From the IMG/VR virus record IMGVR_UViG_3300011361_000001, positions 62,001 through 126,000 of that record: DNA of 64,000 bases; one strand, given 5' to 3'. The DNA comes from an uncultured virus (IMG/VR IMGVR_UViG_3300011361_000001). Lineage: Duplodnaviria > Heunggongvirae > Uroviricota > Caudoviricetes. The position numbers and the translations under genes are program-made. The notes below the pieces were generated by a model, which had not been told where the DNA came from, did no database searches, and saw only the letters and a list, made by a program, of their open reading frames with translations. Below are positions 18,025-27,247 of the stretch, piece by piece (position 1 is the stretch's first letter; every line of letters starts with the position of its first letter).

Positions 18025-19554
18025 TTAGTTGGCCCACCAAGTATCGACCTGTTCCTCGGATGAAACAGCGCTTCCGCCTACTGCCCTGCAGGATAAATCT
18101 GGACCGTTGATGTCGTCGGGTATTGCACCTATTGGTTGGAAGGGTAGAACTGTGAATAGATCCTTTTGGTCCGTCACGCCCAACTTTCTGTGTTTGCCCC
18201 GCTGACAGGTCAGGTAGCTCTTACCGTTGGCTTTCTCGATGTGGATCGAGATCTCCATGTCAACCTCTTGGTCGATCGTACGGCAGGAGTCGTAGTAACC
18301 TTTGTTGGCAATCTCCTGGACAAAGTTCTCGATGTTGGAACGCACGAGTTCTTTAGCCTGAGTTGACAACTGATGTGGGGTAATGTAGGTGATGCCACGC
18401 GGCGCATTGAAGTTGCGCATCCGGCGAAACAGGTCACGGGTTTCAAAACCGTGGGGGCCTTGCTGACAACCCTTCTTGTTAATCATGTTCAGGTAGTCGA
18501 ACACGCAGAAGTGAATCTCGTAGCCTTCGGACTCATAGCGAGTGATCAAGTCCATGTAGTCACGGTAAGTGAACAAGCTGGGGTCTACCCGAAGCATCCG
18601 GACAGCGTAGCCAGTCGCTTGTAGCTTTTCCTTCACGTACTTAGAGGCATACTCAATATCCACCTCACGCAGCACCACAGGCTCTTTGGTCTCGTTCTCT
18701 TTCAAAGAGACGTAAAGTTGCATAATGTTGTCGTTGAGGTTGTTCTCAGCTGAGATGTGTACACCCATCGGCTTCTTAGCAGGGTCACGCATGTACGGCT
18801 GGTTGTAGATACAGAAGTGCTTGAAGATGTTCAGAGTAAAGCCGGTCTTAAAGTTGTGCTGCAAGGCACCCACTAGAATCTGCTCACCCCGACGTGCACC
18901 GTCTTGATCCCCGAACATCCGGTTAATCGCTTGCCAGCCGGTCTTCAAGATCCCTTCACTGGAGAGTTCGTCACGGGATTGTTCCAGAAGCTCCAGAACC
19001 TTCTCCATGTCATCCAGGTCAGCCTCACCCACAATGGCTGGGTTAACCGACGCACCGGTACCGGCTTGATAAGGTTCCAGAGCCCCTAGGATCTCACCTA
19101 CGAAGTCTTTGGTGATCGCACCCCGATGGAAGGCAAGCTTATGGTAGTTGTTCTTAAGGATCTCCTCGACCGCTGCCAGGTTAACGTAGGAGTTAAGCGA
19201 CATGCGGTATTCTAAAACGGCTTTCTTCACAGCGCCGATGTCTTCCAAGTCTTGCGTGGCCATTTCCACAGCTTGGTAGAGGTAGTCGTCATCTGCAACG
19301 TTTACACGTATCCTTTGAAGCAGCATTCCCCGATCGTAGTCTTGTGTGGGTGGATTACCAATCATCCACAAGGCGGTGCTACGAAGTGAGATCAGCGTAT
19401 CGCGACTACGATCCATCTCGACCGACGTGTCTGGGATCTTAATAGTACCGACTACCGTGTTGGCCAGTTCGGCCGAGTTGCTCGTGCGGTTGTCCAGTTG
19501 ACTTTCCCGGTACAGTAGGGTGATCACCTGAACCAGCAGAATATTGAAGTCCAT
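18025..19554 (-). CDS. dnaB: DnaB-like replicative helicase (phiKZ gp118-like)
   Basis: Motifs TGWQAINRM.G, variant Walker A GALQHNFKTG, ISAEN, Walker B FDYL, HQLS, DQEVD and RGKHR. Start at MDFNILL with an AGGA RBS. Confidence 0.85.
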   Translation of the reverse strand: MDFNILLVQVITLLYRESQLDNRTSNSAELANTVVGTIKIPDTSVEMDRSRDTLISLRSTALWMIGNPPTQDYDRGMLLQRIRVNVADDDYLYQAVEMATQDLEDIGAVKKAVLEYRMSLNSYVNLAAVEEILKNNYHKLAFHRGAITKDFVGEILGALEPYQAGTGASVNPAIVGEADLDDMEKVLELLEQSRDELSSEGILKTGWQAINRMFGDQDGARRGEQILVGALQHNFKTGFTLNIFKHFCIYNQPYMRDPAKKPMGVHISAENNLNDNIMQLYVSLKENETKEPVVLREVDIEYASKYVKEKLQATGYAVRMLRVDPSLFTYRDYMDLITRYESEGYEIHFCVFDYLNMINKKGCQQGPHGFETRDLFRRMRNFNAPRGITYITPHQLSTQAKELVRSNIENFVQEIANKGYYDSCRTIDQEVDMEISIHIEKANGKSYLTCQRGKHRKLGVTDQKDLFTVLPFQPIGAIPDDINGPDLSCRAVGGSAVSSEEQVDTWWAN

Positions 19555-19578
19555 TGTCTTTCCTAGGAGTCTTACAGC

Positions 19579-20106
19579 ATGAAATTGATCATCGTACCCC
19601 GGTGGCTGGAACAAACCTTAGCGGCCAATGCGTTGCCGTTGTCCACTGTCACCGACGTAAAGAAAATTCTGTCTATAACATCTGCTGAGGATGTATCGGT
19701 TTACGCCAAAGTAAATGCCGGTGGCATCCAGATCGGTAACGCTGTGTACCGTGGTTGCTATGACATCACCGAACAGGCTTTGCACCTGGGTGAAGAACAC
19801 AACCGCGTCGTTTCCTACATGGCCTACCTGGATATGAAGGAATCGGTTACCAATCAAATGGAGCACCTGATCGGCCGCAATTACGTAGAGGGTGCGCCAC
19901 TATGTTATAGCTGCACTGTGCTGGATGACGAGTACATCGTTATCACGCTGGGTCAGCATGAGGTGGGTACACCTGTCGATGAAGTACTGAACGCCCAGCG
20001 CCTGTTTAAGGAACGGTTGTTTGGTCAACATCTGCTGACGAAAAAGTTGCCTGACCTGGCCATGCAGCCGGTGTTCACCAACTACCTGAATGGTTTGTGC
20101 GCATAA
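19579..20106 (+). CDS. Conserved phage protein upstream of the capsid gene (gp119-like position)
   Basis: 175 aa, AGGAG RBS, lies between the helicase and capsid genes. Confidence 0.65.
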   Translation: MKLIIVPRWLEQTLAANALPLSTVTDVKKILSITSAEDVSVYAKVNAGGIQIGNAVYRGCYDITEQALHLGEEHNRVVSYMAYLDMKESVTNQMEHLIGRNYVEGAPLCYSCTVLDDEYIVITLGQHEVGTPVDEVLNAQRLFKERLFGQHLLTKKLPDLAMQPVFTNYLNGLCA

Positions 20107-20283
20107 CTCTATTCTATGGAGTTTAACGCAATCCACCAACTTTCTACTTTCCTTTTGAAGGAAGTGGATTTTTTTGCAAATGGTATAGCAGATTAAAATT
20201 GTTTTCCTCAAACGTGACTACACTATGAGGCAATCTCTGCCGTACTCCCCACTTGTATCTTGAAATAAGGTAAGGACTCACAC

Positions 20284-22443
20284 ATGTCTCGTATCAATTC
20301 GAAAGGTGGACAGGGTTCCGCTCTGGCCATGGCTGTTGGTGCTCTGCGTAGCACTATCGACTCTCAGGGCACTGACCTCAGCTCCCGTCAGATCACTCAA
20401 AGCGTGATCACCATGGAATCGCTGGACAACGCCGCTCTCGGCGAACTGACCCGCACTGCTGACATGCTCAAAGGCGAAATCAAAAGCGCCCTGCAAGTCT
20501 CCATGGAAAGCGAAGACGGCGAAGAGCTGACCGAAGCCCAACTGGAAGCTGGTGCCATCGCTGCAATGGCTGCCGGTTCGCCTGCTGAATACGCCGAAGT
20601 TGCTCTGCGTTCTGCTCCTGCTGAAGGCGGCGAGCGTCTGGAAGTGGCTACCTCTGGTGCTGCTGGCGCTGTCGACACCCGCGAAACTCCGTCCCTCGAA
20701 GCGTTCGACGAGCGTGAACTGTCCAAGTTCATCCCGTACTCGATCGCCTTCAACGTGAAAGCCTCGCGTCAGGACAGCTTCAGCGAAATGTTCTACCCGA
20801 CTACCGTCGTCAGCCCCGACCAGGGCGGCTACGAAGTCCACCTGCGCCGCACCCTCGTTCACAATGCCATCCAACACGGCGCCGCTGGCAACCGTAGCGA
20901 CTGGCAGCGTAAGAACCTGGTTCATGCTGCAATCGACGCCACCATCCTGGCTGACGAAAGCACTGCGCTGGTTCCGACCATTCTGGCCAACGGCAGCAAC
21001 GCCGACAAGTTCGTTCCAGAAGCCCTCGTTGCGCCGACCACTCGTCGCATCGGCAACATCGACGTTCCGACCGCTCCTCTGCTGATCGGTCAGCAAGTTG
21101 ACCTGCTGGGTCTGTCGAGCCACCCAGGCCTGCTGGGCGCTGGTTTCATCGATCACACTGACGCCATCGACGCTGCTATCAGCCTCGAGAAGCTGTACGT
21201 TCAACTGAACGACACCACTGTGATCCGCTTCAACACTCTGCGTCTGGCTCGTGCCGGTTTCGTGAAGTCGGTTGAAGGCGACGGCCGTGAAATGTCTCTG
21301 GCTTTCCGTTCGCAGGACCTGGTCCTCGACAGCACTACCACTGACGTGGCCGGTGTACAGCCTGAAGTCCTGCAAGCTGTTCGCGATGCCAAGTACACTG
21401 TCCGCCTGTCGGTCAACGTAACTGGTACCATCAACGTCCAGCTGGGTAACGCTGAACTCTTCGCTTCGAAGGTCAACGTTGCATCCATCGTCGACGAAGA
21501 CGGTAACGAAATCAGCCTGGCTTCCGGCGCTGGTCGTACCATCGCTCAAGCTCTGGTTGCAGAAGCTGGCGTTCTGGGCTTCGAGCTGAAAGCTGCTCGT
21601 ACCAACAGCAACCGTCGTACTCGCGGCCTGCTGCTCGATCACAACGATCAAGTGTTCCGCTACACCATCCCACTCGGCGCACCGATCTCCGCTCCGAGCC
21701 CGGCTGGTTCCAACCGCGATGCACGTGACCTGGAAAGCCTGATCGACGCCGTACGCGTTCGTAACACCAACAACGCCGTTACCCGTCTGCTCAACTACAT
21801 CAGCACTCTGAAAGAGTACGTTGGTGGCGTTCAGCGTAAGGGTTGCCTGCCTTCGGTTGAAGGTGTGGGCGGCTTCCTGATCCAGCCGTTCTTCGAAGAC
21901 ATCACCATCGACATGGAAGAGCAAGTAAGCTCGATCCGTGACATCGACCGTGCTGCTGACGTCAACGCGCTGTTGGTCAACGCCATTCGTGACGTGTCCT
22001 ACCGCATGTACCGTGCGACCGGCTTCCAGCCTGCGCTGAACGCCTCGAGCAACGGTTCCAACCAGCCTAAGCTGCTGATTGGTACTGACGTACTGCTGCA
22101 GCGTCATCTGATGGTCACCGGTGACAGCCGTACCTTCGGTATCGCGTTCGCCAGCTACCAGATCGAGTCGACTTTCGACTCCCGTATGGACGACACCATC
22201 ATCATCGCTCTGACCCGTGACGGCCAGTGTGAAGCTGGTGACCCGCTGCAGTGGGGCGTTCACGCGTGGATTCCGGAACTCGCTTCCAGCATGATGGTTG
22301 CTCGTGATGGCGGTACCTACCCAGAAGCCATGGTTCAGCCGCGTAACCTGCACGTGAACAACGTGCCGTGCGCAGCTCGCATCCGTGTCAAGAACCTGGA
22401 CAAGGTACTGAAGAACCGTCAGACCGTAGTTACTGCGGGCTGA
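20284..22443 (+). CDS. Major capsid protein (phiKZ gp120-like)
   Basis: 719 aa with very strong codon bias. N-terminal propeptide carries S/A/G-x-E sites (SME, PSLE|AFD). Contains QD.FSEMFYPT.VV and AARTNSN.R.RG.L. Sits two genes from the helicase and has a strong terminator. Confidence 0.85.
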   Translation: MSRINSKGGQGSALAMAVGALRSTIDSQGTDLSSRQITQSVITMESLDNAALGELTRTADMLKGEIKSALQVSMESEDGEELTEAQLEAGAIAAMAAGSPAEYAEVALRSAPAEGGERLEVATSGAAGAVDTRETPSLEAFDERELSKFIPYSIAFNVKASRQDSFSEMFYPTTVVSPDQGGYEVHLRRTLVHNAIQHGAAGNRSDWQRKNLVHAAIDATILADESTALVPTILANGSNADKFVPEALVAPTTRRIGNIDVPTAPLLIGQQVDLLGLSSHPGLLGAGFIDHTDAIDAAISLEKLYVQLNDTTVIRFNTLRLARAGFVKSVEGDGREMSLAFRSQDLVLDSTTTDVAGVQPEVLQAVRDAKYTVRLSVNVTGTINVQLGNAELFASKVNVASIVDEDGNEISLASGAGRTIAQALVAEAGVLGFELKAARTNSNRRTRGLLLDHNDQVFRYTIPLGAPISAPSPAGSNRDARDLESLIDAVRVRNTNNAVTRLLNYISTLKEYVGGVQRKGCLPSVEGVGGFLIQPFFEDITIDMEEQVSSIRDIDRAADVNALLVNAIRDVSYRMYRATGFQPALNASSNGSNQPKLLIGTDVLLQRHLMVTGDSRTFGIAFASYQIESTFDSRMDDTIIIALTRDGQCEAGDPLQWGVHAWIPELASSMMVARDGGTYPEAMVQPRNLHVNNVPCAARIRVKNLDKVLKNRQTVVTAG

Positions 22444-22522
22444 TCCACTTTGCGTGGTTGTAAGACGTGAGGTACTTCTTTGGAGTGCTTCACGTTGAGT
22501 CCTTAAGTGGGGACATTGGAAA

Positions 22523-22567
22523 CCTCGAGAGGCTTCGGCCTCTCGGGGGCTCCTTTCTTTTATGCCG
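22523..22567 (+). terminator. Capsid gene terminator
   Basis: cctcgagagg-cttcgg-cctctcgggg with a T-rich tail and TATGCCG. Confidence 0.75.
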
Positions 22568-22584
22568 CCTAATTTCGAAATAAA

Positions 22585-22605
22585 AAAATCTCAGATCTAT
22601 ATTAC
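22585..22605 (+). promoter_or_regulatory. Putative early promoter TATATTAC
   Basis: Exact TATATTAC at 22598-22605 in an AT-rich context upstream of a run of hypothetical genes. This is the phiKZ early promoter consensus. Confidence 0.65.
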
Positions 22606-22667
22606 TAAAAGGAATAGAATACAAATAACTGTATTCACCCCCCCCCCCAGTTCTTAGGAGAACACAC

Positions 22668-22949
22668 ATGAACACATCTAAAGCCCTCTTTGTATTCGAA
22701 CAAGTCAAGCGTGTCGGTCTAAATGGCAACATGCCTTTGGAGCTGTATCTGGGTCGCACAGGTTGCGGTGAAGACGACTGGAAAGTGCTGGCTGTCTTCA
22801 ACGACGATGAAGCAGGCCTGTGCTTTGAAGAAATCACTCACGCAGGCTTTGGCTGGAAACTTGAGAAGTCCCACATCATGCTCGAGGACGACACTGCCCA
22901 GAGCATGGCACAAGAACTCGGCTTTACCCTGGTGGCCAAATCCGTATAA
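22668..22949 (+). CDS. Hypothetical protein
   Basis: 93 aa, AGGAG RBS. Confidence 0.7.
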   Translation: MNTSKALFVFEQVKRVGLNGNMPLELYLGRTGCGEDDWKVLAVFNDDEAGLCFEEITHAGFGWKLEKSHIMLEDDTAQSMAQELGFTLVAKSV

Positions 22950-22969
22950 CCTTTAGTGAGGCGAGACTC

Positions 22970-23806
22970 ATGACTACATCTTTTAACGCCTTGCACAAAG
23001 CGGTAAAAGAAACTCCGCTGTATGAAGTGGCTGAAGTGGCTGACGTAGCGTTGTTAGACGCCGCCTATACCGAGGTGTTCCTGCCGTTGCTGACACAAGG
23101 TCCTCGGGCGTTCTATTGCCCTAAGATCAAGATGTTGGTGGTTGCCAATACTGTTGGCGCATACGGCATCACGGCTAAGAAAGAGTTCTGGTCGATCAAC
23201 GTAGATCCGGTCAAAGCTGAGCAGTTGGAATTTCAACGGACTCTGACCGCACCCTTTGATGTGCTGGAGGAATTGACTACAGGTCGTAACAAGCAGATGG
23301 TGGACTCTGAACCAGAACCTTACAAAGCCAGTCACTTGGAAATGGCAATGATCGCGATGCGTTCTGCACACACCCAATTGGAACTGGCGTTGATGGAGGA
23401 GTTTCGTCAAAAGCTTAAAGTCCAAATCGACACCTTGTCGTCTTCGGACCTACCGCAACTCCAACACGAGATCCATGACCTTCAGACCAAGATCGCCCGT
23501 GTCAAACAACTGCGTGAAGAAGCTGAACAGTTCAGGGGTGCTCCTGCGATGACCTCATTCGGTCTTAACCCTCCGGCTAAGACCTTGGTGCAGTTAGCAG
23601 CAGAAGTCACTCAGATGGTAGGTACCACCCCGTTCTCGATACAACGTGCCACGCATGATAACCTCATGCACGCCTACACGCATGCATCTAACGTAATTCG
23701 GGACCATCATCCAAGACTCTATGGATTAGTCCCAACCCGTCCGAACACGACGGTCGATGAAGTCAGGGCGTTTGTCACTCGCGTCATGACCAACCAGCTG
23801 TACTAA
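22970..23806 (+). CDS. Hypothetical protein with a coiled-coil segment
   Basis: 278 aa, GAGG RBS, heptad-like central region. Confidence 0.7.
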   Translation: MTTSFNALHKAVKETPLYEVAEVADVALLDAAYTEVFLPLLTQGPRAFYCPKIKMLVVANTVGAYGITAKKEFWSINVDPVKAEQLEFQRTLTAPFDVLEELTTGRNKQMVDSEPEPYKASHLEMAMIAMRSAHTQLELALMEEFRQKLKVQIDTLSSSDLPQLQHEIHDLQTKIARVKQLREEAEQFRGAPAMTSFGLNPPAKTLVQLAAEVTQMVGTTPFSIQRATHDNLMHAYTHASNVIRDHHPRLYGLVPTRPNTTVDEVRAFVTRVMTNQLY

Positions 23807-23832
23807 CCTTAACCTTAAAGAGAGAACCTCTG

Positions 23833-24186
23833 ATGAAAATGAGTAACAAAGAACTGGGCAAACACATCATCACCCTGCTGCAAAACCGTCTGGAACTGAA
23901 CTTGAAGTTCGGCTGCCTGGATGACGTGGAGTTGCAGTTCACTCGGGGTGAGTTAACCGAGATCACCGGTCGTGGTCGTATCGAAGACGCCACGGTCAGC
24001 AGCATGCTCACCGAGATTCGCAATGCAGGCTTTGAAGTCGAAGGCGCTGGTCGCTCCAACTTCTTCCGTATCAAGGCTTCGGTGCGTTACCGCATGACCC
24101 GCATCAACTCCCTGTCCCAGCTTGAAGAAGACAACGAGTTCTTTGAAGACCTCGCTCTGCGCTTCGAGCCTGTCGATTCGGAGTAG
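23833..24186 (+). CDS. Hypothetical protein
   Basis: 117 aa with biased codon usage, followed by a terminator. Confidence 0.7.
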   Translation: MKMSNKELGKHIITLLQNRLELNLKFGCLDDVELQFTRGELTEITGRGRIEDATVSSMLTEIRNAGFEVEGAGRSNFFRIKASVRYRMTRINSLSQLEEDNEFFEDLALRFEPVDSE

Positions 24187-24187
24187 G

Positions 24188-24230
24188 CGGCATAAAAAAG
24201 AAGAGGGGCTTTGTGCCCTTCTTTTTTTTT
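24188..24230. terminator. Bidirectional-type terminator
   Basis: A-tract, hairpin and T-tract, preceded by CGGCATA. Confidence 0.65.
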
Positions 24231-24242
24231 CCTATTGAAAGC

Positions 24243-24261
24243 AAATACAAATCTATATTAT
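24243..24261 (+). promoter_or_regulatory. Putative early/middle promoter (TATATTAT)
   Basis: aaatacaaatcTATATTAT is nearly identical to the 22598 element and precedes the operon carrying the RNAP subunit. Confidence 0.55.
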
Positions 24262-24297
24262 CAAAGTGAGTGTGGTCAGTAGAAAAGGCTACGAACA

Positions 24298-25476
24298 ATG
24301 ACACATCAATACATCCATCACCCGGAGGCCATCAATGCTCTGGCAAGTATCTTACAACAACCGTTCAATCCTTCTGCTGGCGAAGGCTCACCTTGTCGTA
24401 TGGAGAAGGAATTCTTTAACGGGTTAGCAGAGTCAGTCACTGTGGTCGGACGGGAAGGCGTTCCCTTTGCGATCAACCCGATGAGGATCGAGTATTCAAA
24501 TAACTTTCTCGTGCGGTTTAGCTTCACGTACAACCGAAGTGTAAAAATTGACATCGAACGTCTATCTAATGCGAAGTGTGAAACAAGCAGGGCTTTGCGT
24601 GACGCTATTCGTCACGGCTCTGTGAAAGAGGGCGCATTCGGTAAGATGGTCGCCACAATAACGTATGCTGTCTCGAAAGAACAGCTCAAAGCAGGAGGTG
24701 GATCGCTATATCTCACAAACCTTGACATCGTGGTCTCCACGATGCAGGGGCACTATGTCCCCCGTCATCCCCATAACCTCGATGGTATTCGTAACTACCT
24801 GGTAGGGCGTGAGGAGACGATCAATACGGTTGGCTCTTTTGGCTATGCCATACAGATCGTAGACAATGAGGGAATCTACGGTAAACGGTATATCAACATT
24901 AATAAGGAAATTTACGAGATTAGTCCCATTGTGGACCGTGAACGGCTAAGTGGAGTATACCACGCCAAAACAGCACCGATTGGAGATAATGGTGTCGTGC
25001 CACCACCAATCGCTATGCTCTTTACTTTCGAGGAAGCAGAACAGTACTTAGGATTCTTCAAGACCATTGAGGAGGCCCGGATACTCGGCGATATCAGTGA
25101 GGAACAACGTCGTGAGTTGGAGGAGCGTGCGCTCCAGCTTAAGCGGGACCTGGCTGAATTCAATGCCGCTAAGCTCAATCAGGAAAGAGCGCTGGATGAA
25201 CAAAAGCGGACCTTCGAGCTTGAACGCCTTCAAGAAGAAGAGGTCCGTCGGACTCGCGAGAGTGAGTGGAAGCGCCAAGAGACAGAACAGTCAATTCGCA
25301 TGATGCGATTGAAGGAAGAGATTGGAGCCCTTGAGCATCGTCGCTCAATGGAGTCGTTAAATCGCAAAGACCACTACGAAGAGCGGAGTTACAGCCGCAA
25401 GGATAGCACTGAGCTTTTCAAGTGGATTCCTGGTTTGATTGGTGCCGGTGCTGCTTTATTTCTCGCGTTACGCTAA
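24298..25476 (+). CDS. Coiled-coil protein with C-terminal membrane anchor (gp122-like position)
   Basis: 392 aa with an E/R-rich coiled coil and hydrophobic end WIPGLIGAGAALFLALR. Confidence 0.7.
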   Translation: MTHQYIHHPEAINALASILQQPFNPSAGEGSPCRMEKEFFNGLAESVTVVGREGVPFAINPMRIEYSNNFLVRFSFTYNRSVKIDIERLSNAKCETSRALRDAIRHGSVKEGAFGKMVATITYAVSKEQLKAGGGSLYLTNLDIVVSTMQGHYVPRHPHNLDGIRNYLVGREETINTVGSFGYAIQIVDNEGIYGKRYININKEIYEISPIVDRERLSGVYHAKTAPIGDNGVVPPPIAMLFTFEEAEQYLGFFKTIEEARILGDISEEQRRELEERALQLKRDLAEFNAAKLNQERALDEQKRTFELERLQEEEVRRTRESEWKRQETEQSIRMMRLKEEIGALEHRRSMESLNRKDHYEERSYSRKDSTELFKWIPGLIGAGAALFLALR

Positions 25477-25503
25477 CACGCTAACACAGCAGGGTTATCT
25501 AAC

Positions 25504-27177
25504 GTGGACATGAATCTCTTTAGCTTGGTTGCAGACGCAACGCCCAAGTTCAACCCGAGTATCATGAATGGGTTGGCAGTAGAACAAATGAAAGGGGTAG
25601 AACGTTATGTTGACTCTCTCTTTCGCAGTATTTCGAAAAGCTTTCCTGACAAGCTGAAATACGTTGGGTGCTCGCGCTGCACACCCCAAGAGGAATACCA
25701 AGAGATCACCCGCAAACGCAACAACCGGTATACGATCGACATTGCTCGGTCGGACTTCTTCATGATGAAGTATATGTTTCGCTACGACGGGGAAGACCTG
25801 CCGGACCGTTACATCTACTTGCCGTATGCTCGCCAAGCTGGATTGATTTCGATCAGGGGTAGTACGTTCTCCATCAGCCCGGTGTTGGCTGACAGAGCGA
25901 TCAGCTATGGTTCGGATAGCATCTTCATCCCGGTTCAAGTGGCAAAGTTGACCTTCGAGCGTTTGGACTACAAGTACAACGAAGTCGGGTCGATGGAGTC
26001 TGAAGCGGCCGATGCGCTATACACGGTAGAGGCAAACGTTGCTTGGTCGACGATCTATAACCAGGATAGTGCCAAGCGACAGGGGCAGTACTTTGTGAAG
26101 GCTAGGCATACGCTTGGTCATTACCTGTTCTGCAAGTATGGGGTCACCGAGGCATTCCAGCGACTGGTGCCTGGGTGTGATGTACGGTTGGGTTATGCAG
26201 ATACCATTAACTACGAGTTGCTGGATCGCTCGGAGTGGTTGATCTGTGAAAGTGTTAAAGACCTACCACGCACGTTAAAGGTAGCCCCAGGGGCGAATGG
26301 TAAGCGGGTGTACTTCCCGAGCAACATTCGACTGGCGGTACGCAAGGATCGGCTGACGATTGGTCTGCAAGCTTTGATCGCCTCGTTCTTCTACGTGGTC
26401 GACCATTTCCCAGATCGTATCGAACCGACGCCTGAGTACTACGACAACACACGCCTGTGGCGGGTGCTGATGGGTTACTTGATCTTTGGGGCGGGACAGA
26501 GTGAGGCCAAACTAGCCGACGATGTGGATACTCACATTGAATCGTTGGATGAGTACATGGACGAACGCTCTCGGATGGACCTGCAAAGCGTCGGGGTACA
26601 GGCGGATGACATTTATATGTTGTTCAACAATGCCATCGAAATGCTAGCAGAGATGGTGATTCGCCCAGATAACGTTGAGTCAACGATGTATGACAAGGAA
26701 CTGATGGTTCTGCGTTATGCCCTGTTCGATATCAACAAGGCAATCTCTCACTTCAAATTCACCCTACAGAAAATCATCAAAAAGGCGAAAGTCAAAGATG
26801 AGATCATAGGAGCCCTGAAGAATAAGATCGGTCAGGAAGAAATCGCCAAGATGAACCGTGGTCACGGGGAAGTGGCGGGTATCTCAAGTCCTGGCGACAA
26901 CATGTACTTCAAGATCACCTCGATCCTGGTTCCCCAAACCAGTGCAACCGGCGGTGGTCGTGGTAACAAGAAGACAACGTTGACCGATCCGTCGAAGTAC
27001 TTGCACGCCTCGATCGCTGAGGTCGGTAGCTACAACAACCTACCAAAGACCAGTCCTGACGGCCGCACACGTACGAACATGTACTTGCAGCTTGAAGCAG
27101 GGAGTCGGGTCAAACGCAATCAACGGTTCGCGAAGCTGCTTAACAGCGTTCAGAAAAAGATTCAGCACACGCACTAA
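25504..27177 (+). CDS. Non-virion RNA polymerase beta-like subunit (phiKZ gp123-like)
   Basis: 557 aa. YIYLPY...G.I.IRGS.F.ISPVL and H.S..EVGS...LPK..PDGR resemble beta-subunit segments. Located three to four genes after the capsid gene, as recalled for phiKZ. Confidence 0.7.
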   Translation: MDMNLFSLVADATPKFNPSIMNGLAVEQMKGVERYVDSLFRSISKSFPDKLKYVGCSRCTPQEEYQEITRKRNNRYTIDIARSDFFMMKYMFRYDGEDLPDRYIYLPYARQAGLISIRGSTFSISPVLADRAISYGSDSIFIPVQVAKLTFERLDYKYNEVGSMESEAADALYTVEANVAWSTIYNQDSAKRQGQYFVKARHTLGHYLFCKYGVTEAFQRLVPGCDVRLGYADTINYELLDRSEWLICESVKDLPRTLKVAPGANGKRVYFPSNIRLAVRKDRLTIGLQALIASFFYVVDHFPDRIEPTPEYYDNTRLWRVLMGYLIFGAGQSEAKLADDVDTHIESLDEYMDERSRMDLQSVGVQADDIYMLFNNAIEMLAEMVIRPDNVESTMYDKELMVLRYALFDINKAISHFKFTLQKIIKKAKVKDEIIGALKNKIGQEEIAKMNRGHGEVAGISSPGDNMYFKITSILVPQTSATGGGRGNKKTTLTDPSKYLHASIAEVGSYNNLPKTSPDGRTRTNMYLQLEAGSRVKRNQRFAKLLNSVQKKIQHTH

Positions 27178-27247
27178 ACGACACACCCGTGTCGCCCCTT
27201 ATTACTCGCACTAAACTGATAAGCCTAGCGCTTAAGGACTTACCGCT

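Noticed and set aside
20278..22353. 691-aa ORF antisense to the capsid gene
   Set aside because: Mirror-frame shadow caused by the strong codon bias of the capsid gene. No RBS or recognisable motifs.
25470..25487. Tandem acgctaac duplication at a stop codon
   Set aside because: Too short to interpret, likely slippage.
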